Below, piece by piece: positions 1 through 9,845 of a stretch of 64,000 bases of DNA. Below the pieces are notes generated by a model. It ran no database searches and was not told the DNA's origin. It was given only the letters and a program-made list of their open reading frames with translations. This stretch comes from Bacteroidales bacterium (GTDB taxonomy: Bacteria > Bacteroidota > Bacteroidia > Bacteroidales > PUMT01), in the NCBI GenBank assembly GCA_007120695.1, contig SKND01000035.1, forward strand, positions 2,650 through 66,649, in the 5' to 3' direction. Position 1 is the stretch's first letter. Every line of letters begins with the position of its first letter. A program made the position numbers and the translations under genes.

Positions 1-1789
1 TTGCTATGTACCTGATTAGAGAACTCCTGATACTGGCAAATTCATAACTTCCGTGAATTTCGGCGTCAGCCAGGCTGGAGCTTAGAATTATTCTCCTCTC
101 ATTCTCAGTTCCTGATGCCTCCAGGCTTACATTTTCAATTTCAAATGTCTGGTCTTCTTTTTTAAATACTGCATTTACAAGACTTATCCTCCCGTTAAGG
201 TTGTCTATGTTATCTCCGCTGAAGTTCACCGTCGTGAAAAAAGAGACCTGCAGACCTGGGTCTTCCTTTTCCAGTTTCAGTTCATAGAGGCGTGCCCCGG
301 AAACATTTGCAGAGAAATCAAACTCCGGGATATTTTCCGTAAAATCTATACTTCCGAGAAATTCCATAACTACATTAGGATCATTTATATAGGCTGATCC
401 GCTGAACATTCGTTCGGTCAGTTCACCTGCCAGTTGAACCTGCTGGTAACTGTACCCGGAAAAAAACACCGAGTCGATTACGCCGTCAAGGTCTGCAATG
501 ATTCCTGAGTCGCCTGAAATTTGCCCGCTGCCTCCTGCATTAAATGTAATTCTTCCTATCTGATCTGATCCGACAAGTGAGCCTGCATCAAAATGCAATG
601 CCCTCAGTCTGCCGTTGAAATTGAGGATATTGTCTGAATCCGGCTGCAGGGAAAGATCAGAGATCAGGGTTCCCAGGTCAGTTGAAAGCTCACCATATGC
701 AACAAAATCATCTATGAAGCCTGTAAATTTTCCGCGGTAGGTCAGATTTCCCAGGTTTACCAGGTTTGCAATGATCCCGATATCTGACCGGGATCTTCCC
801 GGATCAATAAAACTTAAAATATCCCGTGCGGAAGAGTTAAAATTATCAAGATCAAGAAAAATGAAGGTGTCACTGAAATCAGGCAGTCCGATCAGGTTAA
901 AATCGGCCGTAAGAGAGGTTTCTGTAAATCCTGATAAATTAACTCCGTTGCCCCTGAGATTAGTTATTCTCCCTGTCACTTCGCCCGATAAGGTGAATGA
1001 GTGGTTAACATCTTTCAGTGAAGGAGAGAAGTAAGATATGTCGTTAAAGCTGATAAGTGACGGGTTAAAACTGCTGCTGATCGTTACCCTGTTGACAAAA
1101 TCGCTGAAAGCTTCGAAATCACTGAAGGTCATTCGGTAGTGATCCAGATCAAGTCTTGATCCAGGTGTAATGATCCTGAGATTACTGATATCAATACCTG
1201 ATTTTGAAATGGAGTTGTCCGCTGTGAAGTGATCAAGTTTAAAGCCACTCTTTTCTTCCAGGTTCATGTAACTGATGTTGAAATGCAATGAATCGGTTGT
1301 TGTATGTATCCTGTTGACAAGAAGGTTGAATCTCTCAATTCCTATATCCTGAAAGTTTATTCCGTATTCCCTGGTTTCAGGATTATATCTCCGGTAGCTG
1401 AACCGGGAATCTTTAAAATGGACTGCATTGAAAGAAAAGTTCCATCTGGTTTGTGTTGGATCTTCAGACGACACTGCATCAATTATGAATTGCAGATTCA
1501 ATACCGAATCACTGTCAGAGTGAATATTTACATGCGCATCATAAAGGTTTACCTGATTAAAAACAATATTCCTGCTTGCCCTGCTGAGTTTCTGAACTGT
1601 TACAGAAATCCGCGATGCATTCAGCAGGGTGTCTCCTTGCTGGTCCTCTATATGAATGTCTCTCAATAATATTCTATTGAAGAATACAATATCAACCCTT
1701 CCCACCTCGAATTTTGCATTAAGGTTGGCTGATACCTGTTTTGCAATCTGTTGTGTGAGATAGGTCTGCACTGCAGGAAACCTGACCAT
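1..1789 (-). CDS. TamB/AsmA-like translocation and assembly module protein, N-terminal part (gene continues beyond the left edge)
   Basis: The minus-strand frame is open from position 1 up to an in-frame stop at 1880..1882. It is absent from the ORF track because it has no stop inside the window. The 5' end translates as ..KKLYKIAAIAALLILALPAGAFFMVRFPAVQTYLTQQIAKQVSANLNAKFEVGRVDIVFFNRILLRDIHIEDQQGDTLL.. This is one N-terminal membrane anchor followed by the P-x-VQ-x-Y and repetitive beta-rich sequence typical of Bacteroidota TamB-like proteins. It is divergent from tsaD. The end coordinate is the first in-frame ATG (1789..1787); the real start is probably upstream (see finding). Confidence 0.6.
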   Translation of the reverse strand, partial: MVRFPAVQTYLTQQIAKQVSANLNAKFEVGRVDIVFFNRILLRDIHIEDQQGDTLLNASRISVTVQKLSRASRNIVFNQVNLYDAHVNIHSDSDSVLNLQFIIDAVSSEDPTQTRWNFSFNAVHFKDSRFSYRRYNPETREYGINFQDIGIERFNLLVNRIHTTTDSLHFNISYMNLEEKSGFKLDHFTADNSISKSGIDISNLRIITPGSRLDLDHYRMTFSDFEAFSDFVNRVTISSSFNPSLISFNDISYFSPSLKDVNHSFTLSGEVTGRITNLRGNGVNLSGFTETSLTADFNLIGLPDFSDTFIFLDLDNFNSSARDILSFIDPGRSRSDIGIIANLVNLGNLTYRGKFTGFIDDFVAYGELSTDLGTLISDLSLQPDSDNILNFNGRLRALHFDAGSLVGSDQIGRITFNAGGSGQISGDSGIIADLDGVIDSVFFSGYSYQQVQLAGELTERMFSGSAYINDPNVVMEFLGSIDFTENIPEFDFSANVSGARLYELKLEKEDPGLQVSFFTTVNFSGDNIDNLNGRISLVNAVFKKEDQTFEIENVSLEASGTENERRIILSSSLADAEIHGSYEFASIRSSLIRYIA

Positions 1790-1932
1790 GAAAAACGCCC
1801 CTGCCGGAAGGGCCAGAATTAACAGTGCAGCTATGGCTGCTATCTTGTATAATTTTTTGATACCTTTGTATTTTCTTATTCAACGAAAAAAAATAAAAAA
1901 AAGTTTATATATATATAATTTGTTACATAATA

Positions 1933-2958
1933 ATGTCAATTACTGTTCTGGGCATAGAATCTTCATGTGACGATACTTCGGCTGCCGTCATAACTGACGG
2001 AGTAATCAGGTCCAATATTATTGCCAACCAGGATGTGCACAGGAAGTACGGTGGCGTTGTTCCTGAACTTGCCTCCAGGGCTCATCAGCAGAACATTGTT
2101 CCGGTAGTTGAACTTGCTATCAGAGAGGCGGGTATATCTAAAAAGGAAGTTTCTGCAATAAGCTTCACACGAGGACCGGGTCTTATGGGATCTCTGCTTG
2201 TGGGAACATCTTTTGCCAAGGGTTTTGCTCTTGCCCGTAATATCCCCCTTATTGAGGTTAATCATCTTAAGGCTCATATTCTGGTGCACTTTATTCGCGA
2301 AAAGGATGTTGAACCGCAATTCCCGGTGTTTCCGTTTATCTGCCTGCTGGTATCGGGAGGGCACACACAGCTGGTGCTGGTTAAGGATCATCTTGATATG
2401 GAGGTGCTTGGACAAACTATAGATGATGCGGCAGGAGAGGCGTTTGATAAATGTGCCAAGATCATGGGTATTCCATATCCGGGCGGACCGCTGATTGACC
2501 GTTATAGTAAAGATGGTGATCCTTTGGCATTCAGGTTTCCAGAACCTTCCGTTGCTGGATTTGATTTCAGTTTCAGCGGATTGAAAACATCCTTTCTCTA
2601 CTTTCTGAGGGAAAAGAGAAAAGAGGACTCCGGTTTTATCGAAAACAACCTCAATGATCTATGTGCCTCGCTTCAAAAGACAATTGTCGGAATCCTGGTC
2701 GATAACCTTATCAGGGTTTCCAAACAAACCGGAATAACCGAGGTCGCACTGGCTGGTGGTGTCGCAGCAAATTCGGCTCTCAGGTTGGCTGTTAAGGATC
2801 TTGAAGACAGGAGAGGATGGCGCGTCTTCCTTCCAAAACCTGCCTATACAACTGATAATGCGGCAATGATAGCCATTACCGGATATTATAAATATCTGAA
2901 GTCCGAGTTCTCCTCCCAGGATATTGTTCCTGAAGCAAGATTCAGTTTTAACACCTGA
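1933..2958 (+). CDS. tsaD: tRNA N6-adenosine threonylcarbamoyltransferase TsaD (Kae1/Gcp family)
   Basis: 341-aa ORF. Motifs LGIESSCDDTSAAV, GGVVPELASRAH, FTRGPGLMGSLLVG, LLVSGGHTQL and GIPYPGGP are the TsaD signature. Confidence 0.95.
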   Translation: MSITVLGIESSCDDTSAAVITDGVIRSNIIANQDVHRKYGGVVPELASRAHQQNIVPVVELAIREAGISKKEVSAISFTRGPGLMGSLLVGTSFAKGFALARNIPLIEVNHLKAHILVHFIREKDVEPQFPVFPFICLLVSGGHTQLVLVKDHLDMEVLGQTIDDAAGEAFDKCAKIMGIPYPGGPLIDRYSKDGDPLAFRFPEPSVAGFDFSFSGLKTSFLYFLREKRKEDSGFIENNLNDLCASLQKTIVGILVDNLIRVSKQTGITEVALAGGVAANSALRLAVKDLEDRRGWRVFLPKPAYTTDNAAMIAITGYYKYLKSEFSSQDIVPEARFSFNT

Positions 2959-3096
2959 GGTGGCCATCTGCTTCAAAAATGACCAGACAGACCTGATGAT
3001 GTCTCATCGGGCTGATGAATGATGGTTGCCGCATGACCTGAATAAAATACCGTTAAAGGTGGAAGGAGTGGGTTTTATGCTTGAATCGATTGCTGG

Positions 3097-3498
3097 TCAG
3101 TGCTTTACAACACGGAAGGTGCGTGAATACTTTCTGTCACTGGTGTATACCTTCAGCAGATAGGCAGATCTTTGAAGATCCTGAAGCTCAATCTGGATGC
3201 GGTTCTGCTGACTATCTGACTGGTGCCGGGAAATCCTTCTGCCTACAAGGTCATAAATTTCCGCATAAACCTCAATGTGCTTTCCGGCTTCCCATTCTAC
3301 CCTGATATAATCTGTGGCCGGATTTGGATAAACCTTAAACGACAAACCCGGAATTCTTGTTAATGAGTCTGCGTACTCTCCATCCATCCCCATCGCTTCC
3401 CAATTCGAAACAGTAACCTCAGGCGGGGAAGCCTTGAGATCTGTTCCGATAACCATACATAATAAGAATAAGAGAGTAATTGTTTGCTTCATAAGCAA
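3097..3498 (-). CDS. small secreted protein consisting of a signal peptide, a short linker and a T9SS type A C-terminal sorting domain
   Basis: 133 aa. The N-terminus is hydrophobic (MLMKQTITLLFLLCMVIGTDLKA). The C-terminal about 80 aa (KVYPNPATDYIRVE...IYDLVGRRI...AYLLKVYTSDRKYSRTFRVVKH) matches the Por/T9SS CTD pattern. Confidence 0.6.
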   Translation of the reverse strand: MLMKQTITLLFLLCMVIGTDLKASPPEVTVSNWEAMGMDGEYADSLTRIPGLSFKVYPNPATDYIRVEWEAGKHIEVYAEIYDLVGRRISRHQSDSQQNRIQIELQDLQRSAYLLKVYTSDRKYSRTFRVVKH

Positions 3499-3773
3499 AT
3501 GCTATTTGTTTCATCTATAAAAATACGAAAATATAAACAACAAATCAATTATTATTAACATTTTTTGTGAGGATTTTTCTCAGTATTAATGGTTAAGACA
3601 AAGAACCGGTTTATTCTGTAATCCTGACAGTTACATTAAGGTTCATGAACTCAAGGAAATTTCAAAGTTTATGAATTAACCAGGTTAGAGTCTGTCTATA
3701 AAGTCTGTACGAAAAAGAAGGCTATGCCTTCTGGAAAAGCAATCCACCTTATAAGACGGTGGTGGTTGAATAT

Positions 3774-3804
3774 TTTGAACCTGTAAAAATTTAAACTAAT
3801 TTTG
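3774..3804 (+). promoter_or_regulatory. Bacteroidota-type promoter for the C25 peptidase gene
   Basis: TTTG (3774..3777), an exact 19-nt spacer, then TAATTTTG (3797..3804), matching the -33/-7 consensus TTTG / TAnnTTTG. The -7 box ends 5 nt before the ATG at 3810. Confidence 0.6.
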
Positions 3805-3809
3805 GTTCC

Positions 3810-6800
3810 ATGATAATTCTCATGAAAAACAGTAAAATACATGGCGTATTTATTCTGCTTCTGGCGACAGTGTTCTACTGTATTGATGTCGGTTCACAGG
3901 ATTTGCAGGTTATTGAGCTCAGGCCTGAGCATTCGGCAACCGGGATATCACAAAACACTCAAAGTGGATTCAGAATTACACAGAGTCTTTCTTCAGTAAA
4001 TTTTAAAAGGCAGGAGACCGGTAAAGGTGCGTTTACAATGATTTATGCGACAGGTCAAAACAGCGCCACCGTTCACGGATCTCCGCTTCTTCCTGTAATC
4101 AGCAGGCTAATTGAGATACCCTCAGGCGCAGAGGTGGAGTACAGGATTGTTTCATACAGGGAAGAGTTGCTGGATCTGAGTTCTTACGGAATAGATGCTC
4201 CGCTGTTTCCCCGTCAGCCATCCCTTCCCAAAAGTATTGATATAAGGGATGATGAATTTGTTTACCGGCACGATCTGTACAGCCGTGATGAGTTTCTTGG
4301 AGAAGAGCTTGTTTCCATTGAGGAGATCGGGATTATGAGGGGGCGTCGTATCGGAAGGATCCAGATCTCCCCGGTACAGTACAATCCGGTTAGAAACAGG
4401 GTAAGGGTAATCAGTGAAATCGAAATAGAGGTTTTATTCAAAGCAGGAGGGGCCGAAACTGAATCATCAGGGCCGGCATTTGCATCTCCCTTTTATGAAC
4501 AGGCATTTGCCAGGAAACTGCTGAATTACAGGGAGGATCGCACAAAGACCTATTTCAGTGGCGGACCGCTGAAATACATTATTTTATCCCATCCCGGGTT
4601 TAAGGAAGACCTTCGTGAATTTGTCAACTGGAAAACCATGAAGGGCTTTAATGTTATCGAACTTTACAGGGGAACTGATGGAGTAGGGGAGACCCCTGGC
4701 GAAATGCGGGATACACTTGCCTCCATTTATCATTCATCAACTGCCGATGATCCTGCACCGGTATTTTTGCTCATAGTAGGGGATCATAGCCAGATTCCCG
4801 CATTCCAGTCCACCGGCCACATAACCGATCTTTATTATGCCGAATATGATGGTGATGATGATTATTTACCGGATCTGTTCTACGGAAGGTTTTCTGCAAA
4901 CAATTCGGATGAACTATTGCCACAGATACAAAAAACCCTCATTTATGAAAAGTACCTTTTCCCCGATGCGGGATTTCTGAATGAATCGGTTCTTATTGCC
5001 GGCTTCGATGCAAGACATGCGGAGGTTCATGGTAACGGACAGATTAACTACGGCACTACCTACTATTTCAACCAGGATTTCGGAATAAATGCACACGCCT
5101 TTCCTGTTCCACATGAAGCCGGAGTAGAAGATGACATAATAAGCAGGATATCCGATGGTGCCGGATTCGTAAATTATACCGGTCATGGAATTTCCAGCCG
5201 TTGGGATAATCCGCGTTTTACAATAGATGATATACCTTCACTGGATAATTATGGAAAGTATCCGTTGATGATCGGCAACGGATGTGAAACTGTCAGGTTT
5301 GAGATTTATGAGACACTTGGGGAAGCACTGTTGCGTGCGGATGGCAAAGGAGCTGTCGGATACATCGGAGCCTCAAATGATTCATACTGGGATGAGGACT
5401 TCTACTGGGCTGTGGGCGCGGGACCGATTTCTGCAAATCCTGTAAGGGAAGAGACCGGTCCGGGATTTTTTGACAGGCTTTTTCATACGGATATTGAGTC
5501 ACCTTCAGAATGGTACGTTTCACAGGGACAAATACAGCAGGCGGGAAACCTTGCAGTCTCCGAGAGTGCAACCCGCGGTCGGACAAGGTATTACTGGGAG
5601 ATATATCATCTTTTGGGCGATCCTTCCCTGATGGTATATTTCTCCGAACCGGATATCCTTAGTCCAGTCTATTCGGATGTGGTTCCCTCAGTATCTTCCG
5701 GACTGGTTGTGGAAACGGAACCCTATACTTATATTGCCCTTTCAGGAGGAGGAGAACTGGTAGATGCCAGGTACTCGGGAAATAACGGTGTTGCAAGACT
5801 GGTATTTGACAGTCTGGATCCGGGAGTGGAATATAATCTTGTTGCAACAAGGGAAAACCGTCAGCCATACATGGGTCCGGTAAAGGTAGCGCCTTCCTCA
5901 CAGCCGTATATTTTGCTGAAATCCTTTACGGTGGACGACCAGATGCATAATAACAACGGAATTGCCGAGGCCGGCGAAGGGATCTACCTGAATATGGTTA
6001 TCAGAAATGAAGGTGACCTGCCGGCTGAAAGCATCAGGTTGTCGATTGCCTCCGATAACCGGCACATCACGCTGTATGATACTTCCGCTTATATAGATTT
6101 GCTGGAGCCGGAAGCTGAGGTTGAGGTGAACGGTGTACTGGGTTTCGATATTTCACCCCTGATACCTGACGGAGAGTCTCTGTTCCTTACCCTTGAGGTA
6201 TATAGTAAAGACACACTTGCGTGGATAAACAATTTTGCTCTTGATGTAAATGCGCCTCAAATTTCGATATTACGCTATTTTGTTGATAACCCGGAAGGTC
6301 AATACCCTGGTGGATACCTGATGGCAGGGGAAACGGCCGGGTTGGTGGTTGAATTTTCAAACAAAGGCTCTGCAACAATATACAATGCACAGGTGATTTT
6401 ATCGGAAGACAGCGGAATGTTAACGTTTCAGGGTGACGGGATATATCACGGAGATATTATGCCGGGAGATACAGTTCATCATCATGTCGTTATTACTGCA
6501 AATGACACTATAGAGTATGATACCCGGCTTGATATTGAGATGGAGACTCTTTCGGTGGAATTTGAGTCACTGAATGAATTCTCATTTCGGGCTAATACTA
6601 TATACGAAGATTTTGAAGATGGTGAATTCGGACGCCGTCCGTGGAGGACTGATTCAGTAAAAGGATGGTTCTTTTCTTCCGACGCTTCAGGGGGGCGTTA
6701 CAGTATCCGGTCCGGCATTATTGACCATTCCGAAAGCTCTGAGCTGCAGATAAGAATGGAGGTTGCCAGCGAAGGTGTTGTAACCTTCGATCGTAAGGTG

Positions 6801-7961
6801 TCTTCAGAAGCCAGGTATGATTTTTTGAATTTCTATATTGATGATGAAAAAGTTGGGAGCTGGAGCGGACTATTAAACTGGGCACCCGAGCAGTTCGAAG
6901 TTAAGCCGGGCAACCGAGTTTTCCGTTGGGTCTATACCAAAGACCAGTCAGTCTCCAAAGGACTTGATGCAGCCTTTATTGATGATGTGAGATTCCCGCC
7001 CGGAAATCTAGTTGATGATTTCTCAAATGAGATTATAGCAGGCCTGTCCATTGAAGAACTGATCTCGCCTGTGTCCGGCGAATGGAGCCCGGATAATCAG
7101 CCGGTCACTTTTTTGGTCCGCAATAACGGAAACAGGACGGTTTCATCCTTCACTGCAGGATGGGAGCTGGATGATGAGCCGCCTGTTAAAGAGACATTTG
7201 AAAGTGATATGAAACCTGGTGAATCTGCTCAATTTACTTTCGCTGAATTGGCAGACCTGCGAAGACCCGGGTTTTACGATCTGGTGGTCTATATAATGGA
7301 TGACATCGATGGAAGCCATCAAAATGACACCTTGTACATGAGAATTGAGGTGCCTGAGGTACACGATATTTCAATAACCGAATTATTGCAGCCGCAAAGT
7401 GGTTATGAACTTGGTGAAGAGGAGGTTGTCGAGATAGAAATTGTCAACAACGGAAATGTCGGGCTCACAGGATTTGAGGTCGGTTATATACTAAACCCGG
7501 CAAATGCCGTTACAGAGGTATTTGATGGTCTCATAGAACCCGGACAAAGTGCAAAACATGTTTTTGATCATCGTGCCGACATGTCGGATGAAGTCCTCTA
7601 CCATCTTATTCTGTTTGTTCATCTGACTCACGGATCAGAGACGGTGTCTGACACTATGATCGTGGAAGTCGAAAAAATCGTTTCAGGCACACACTCTCCC
7701 GTTAATAATGATGAATTAGTCCTTATTTACCCAAACCCCTTTAATTATGATCTTTACATACAGAAGAACCATATAAATGCCGGCCGGGTAAATATAAGGC
7801 TGATAACATCAACCGGGAAAACTGTTCTTTATAAGTCGTCTGCTGCCGATATACATGATGGGGTACTCCGGATTGATGGAGCCGGACTGTTGCCGGGAAT
7901 TTATTTTCTGGAATTTTCCAGTGAAGGAATCAGCAAAGTATTCAGAGTAATCCGTTTCTAA
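3810..7961 (+). CDS. gingipain-family cysteine peptidase (MEROPS C25) with multiple Ig/CARDB-like and lectin/MAM-like domains and a T9SS C-terminal sorting domain
   Basis: 1383 aa with a signal peptide and a propeptide-like N-domain. The C25 core shows LLIVGDHSQIPAF and TDLYYAEYDGDDDYLPDLFYGRF. The His-Cys dyad is VNYTGHG (His459, 5184..5186) and MIGNGCET (Cys492, 5283..5285), spaced 33 aa as in Kgp. The C-terminus LIYPNPFNYDLYI...GIYFLEFSSEGISKVFRVIRF is a T9SS CTD. An alternative start is the ATG at 3822. Confidence 0.85.
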   Translation: MIILMKNSKIHGVFILLLATVFYCIDVGSQDLQVIELRPEHSATGISQNTQSGFRITQSLSSVNFKRQETGKGAFTMIYATGQNSATVHGSPLLPVISRLIEIPSGAEVEYRIVSYREELLDLSSYGIDAPLFPRQPSLPKSIDIRDDEFVYRHDLYSRDEFLGEELVSIEEIGIMRGRRIGRIQISPVQYNPVRNRVRVISEIEIEVLFKAGGAETESSGPAFASPFYEQAFARKLLNYREDRTKTYFSGGPLKYIILSHPGFKEDLREFVNWKTMKGFNVIELYRGTDGVGETPGEMRDTLASIYHSSTADDPAPVFLLIVGDHSQIPAFQSTGHITDLYYAEYDGDDDYLPDLFYGRFSANNSDELLPQIQKTLIYEKYLFPDAGFLNESVLIAGFDARHAEVHGNGQINYGTTYYFNQDFGINAHAFPVPHEAGVEDDIISRISDGAGFVNYTGHGISSRWDNPRFTIDDIPSLDNYGKYPLMIGNGCETVRFEIYETLGEALLRADGKGAVGYIGASNDSYWDEDFYWAVGAGPISANPVREETGPGFFDRLFHTDIESPSEWYVSQGQIQQAGNLAVSESATRGRTRYYWEIYHLLGDPSLMVYFSEPDILSPVYSDVVPSVSSGLVVETEPYTYIALSGGGELVDARYSGNNGVARLVFDSLDPGVEYNLVATRENRQPYMGPVKVAPSSQPYILLKSFTVDDQMHNNNGIAEAGEGIYLNMVIRNEGDLPAESIRLSIASDNRHITLYDTSAYIDLLEPEAEVEVNGVLGFDISPLIPDGESLFLTLEVYSKDTLAWINNFALDVNAPQISILRYFVDNPEGQYPGGYLMAGETAGLVVEFSNKGSATIYNAQVILSEDSGMLTFQGDGIYHGDIMPGDTVHHHVVITANDTIEYDTRLDIEMETLSVEFESLNEFSFRANTIYEDFEDGEFGRRPWRTDSVKGWFFSSDASGGRYSIRSGIIDHSESSELQIRMEVASEGVVTFDRKVSSEARYDFLNFYIDDEKVGSWSGLLNWAPEQFEVKPGNRVFRWVYTKDQSVSKGLDAAFIDDVRFPPGNLVDDFSNEIIAGLSIEELISPVSGEWSPDNQPVTFLVRNNGNRTVSSFTAGWELDDEPPVKETFESDMKPGESAQFTFAELADLRRPGFYDLVVYIMDDIDGSHQNDTLYMRIEVPEVHDISITELLQPQSGYELGEEEVVEIEIVNNGNVGLTGFEVGYILNPANAVTEVFDGLIEPGQSAKHVFDHRADMSDEVLYHLILFVHLTHGSETVSDTMIVEVEKIVSGTHSPVNNDELVLIYPNPFNYDLYIQKNHINAGRVNIRLITSTGKTVLYKSSAADIHDGVLRIDGAGLLPGIYFLEFSSEGISKVFRVIRF

Positions 7962-8278
7962 TTAAAAGTGTATGTCCATAGTGTCCGAGCATTGACCTTT
8001 GGTCGAACTCACATGTAATGAATCTCTCATTTGTCAAAATTCATCAGATGTGACTTTATTATTCAAACACTGACTTTACAGGCAGGTTAATACTATACTT
8101 TTTATGGCCGGTCGAATACCGGTCGGAGATTTTTCAGAAAATATTTATCAAAATAGCCAACTGATAAGTGCTTTAATAATTTTTTTTGGTTAATTTGAAG
8201 TATTTTCGAAACAGGGTCGAATTATTATTTGTTCATTTGCAGAATAGTTAATTATCCTAATCAATTAAACCTTGAATT

Positions 8279-9826
8279 ATGAGAAAAATCTTTGTCCTGC
8301 TATTTGCTGCAGGTATCTCAGCAAATATCTTTGCCGGCGGCATTATGACAAACACAAACCAGAGTGCATCTTATATCAGGATGCTGGCCCGGGACGCCTC
8401 CCTTGGTATTGATGCTGTTTACTATAACCCTGCCGGCCTTACGAGGTTGTCTGACGGATTCCATCTGTCGCTTAACAACCAGTCCATCTGGCAGACCCGG
8501 AAAATTGACAATGATTTTGCTTTACTGAATAACGGATATTACCAGGGGGATGTGACAGCTCCGTTGTTCCCGAGTGTCTATGCGGTATACAAGACCGGCA
8601 GGTTTGCTTTTTCCGGCGGCTTTATGCCTGTCGGAGGCGGTGGCGGCGCAGAATATGACCGTGGCCTTCCTTCATTTGAGACCGATTTTGCCATGGTACC
8701 TGTTATGTTATCTGCGCAGGGTATCCCTACAAATGAATATGATGTTGATGTATTCTTTGAAGGGTCATCAATATATTTTGGCGGCCAGTTTGGTGTAAGT
8801 TACCAGGTTAATGACATGATTGATCTTTACGGAGGAGTCAGGTATGTGTCTGCTACCAACACTTATAAGGGACACTTGAGAAATATGCGGATTAACCCTG
8901 CTCATCCGCTTAATCCCGGCGGGGGGTTCACGAGTGCAACCGACTTTTTCAGTACAGTTGCTACAGCGGCATCGGGTGCTGCTCAAAGTGTTCAGCCCCT
9001 GATTGACGGCGGAGCGGGAAGCCTTACTCTTGACCAGGCAGTAGCTATGACTTTTATTTCACAGGAACAGGCAGATCAGCTGGCAGGCGGACTGGGTGCA
9101 AATTATGACCCTGCCCTGACCATAGACCAGGTACAGGGAGCCTACCAGACAACTGCTACCACTGCTTCGGCAACAGGCAGCCAGTTGGTCGACAGGCAGG
9201 TTGATGCCAGGCAAACCGGCTCGGCAATTGCTCCTTTATTTGGCGTGAACTTGTCACTCTCCGACAATTTCAATATAGGGATAAAGTATGAGTTCCTTAC
9301 AAAACTTGAGCTGGAGAATGATACAGAGATCGATGAGACCGGTATGTTTCCCGATGGTGCAACAACCAGGAGCGATATGCCGGCCATGCTTTCCGTTGGT
9401 GCGGCATACAGAGCTACCCCGCAATTAAATATAGCCGGAGGTGTTCATTACTATTTCGACAGATCGGCCGATTATGGCAAGTCATTGCCCAATGAAGATA
9501 TTATAGATAATAACTTCCTGGAGTTTGCACTGGGTATTGAATATAGTTTGACCAGTGACCTTCTCGTAAGTACCGGGTACCTTCGTACCCAGACCGGTGT
9601 AAATGATTTGTATCACAGCGATCTGAGCCACAGTCTCAGTACAAATTCTGTAGGGCTGGGCGGACGTTATGCAATAAATGAAATGATAGCAGTTAATCTT
9701 GGCTTCCTGATGACCTTCTATGATGAGGACCAGGTTACCATGAATTATGGCAATCTAGGTTCAGCAGTTGAAACTTACAACCGTGAGGTTATGGTATTTT
9801 CACTCGGACTGGATTTTAAATTCTGA
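8279..9826 (+). CDS. FadL/TodX-like outer-membrane beta-barrel transport protein
   Basis: 515 aa. Signal peptide MRKIFVLLFAAGISANIFA. N-terminal motif GGIMTNTNQSASYIRMLARDASLGIDAVYYNPAGL, as in the OMPP1/FadL/TodX family. Alternating beta-strand pattern with a C-terminal ...SLGLDFKF ending in an aromatic residue. Confidence 0.6.
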   Translation: MRKIFVLLFAAGISANIFAGGIMTNTNQSASYIRMLARDASLGIDAVYYNPAGLTRLSDGFHLSLNNQSIWQTRKIDNDFALLNNGYYQGDVTAPLFPSVYAVYKTGRFAFSGGFMPVGGGGGAEYDRGLPSFETDFAMVPVMLSAQGIPTNEYDVDVFFEGSSIYFGGQFGVSYQVNDMIDLYGGVRYVSATNTYKGHLRNMRINPAHPLNPGGGFTSATDFFSTVATAASGAAQSVQPLIDGGAGSLTLDQAVAMTFISQEQADQLAGGLGANYDPALTIDQVQGAYQTTATTASATGSQLVDRQVDARQTGSAIAPLFGVNLSLSDNFNIGIKYEFLTKLELENDTEIDETGMFPDGATTRSDMPAMLSVGAAYRATPQLNIAGGVHYYFDRSADYGKSLPNEDIIDNNFLEFALGIEYSLTSDLLVSTGYLRTQTGVNDLYHSDLSHSLSTNSVGLGGRYAINEMIAVNLGFLMTFYDEDQVTMNYGNLGSAVETYNREVMVFSLGLDFKF

Positions 9827-9845
9827 TAATATACCCGTAAAGACT

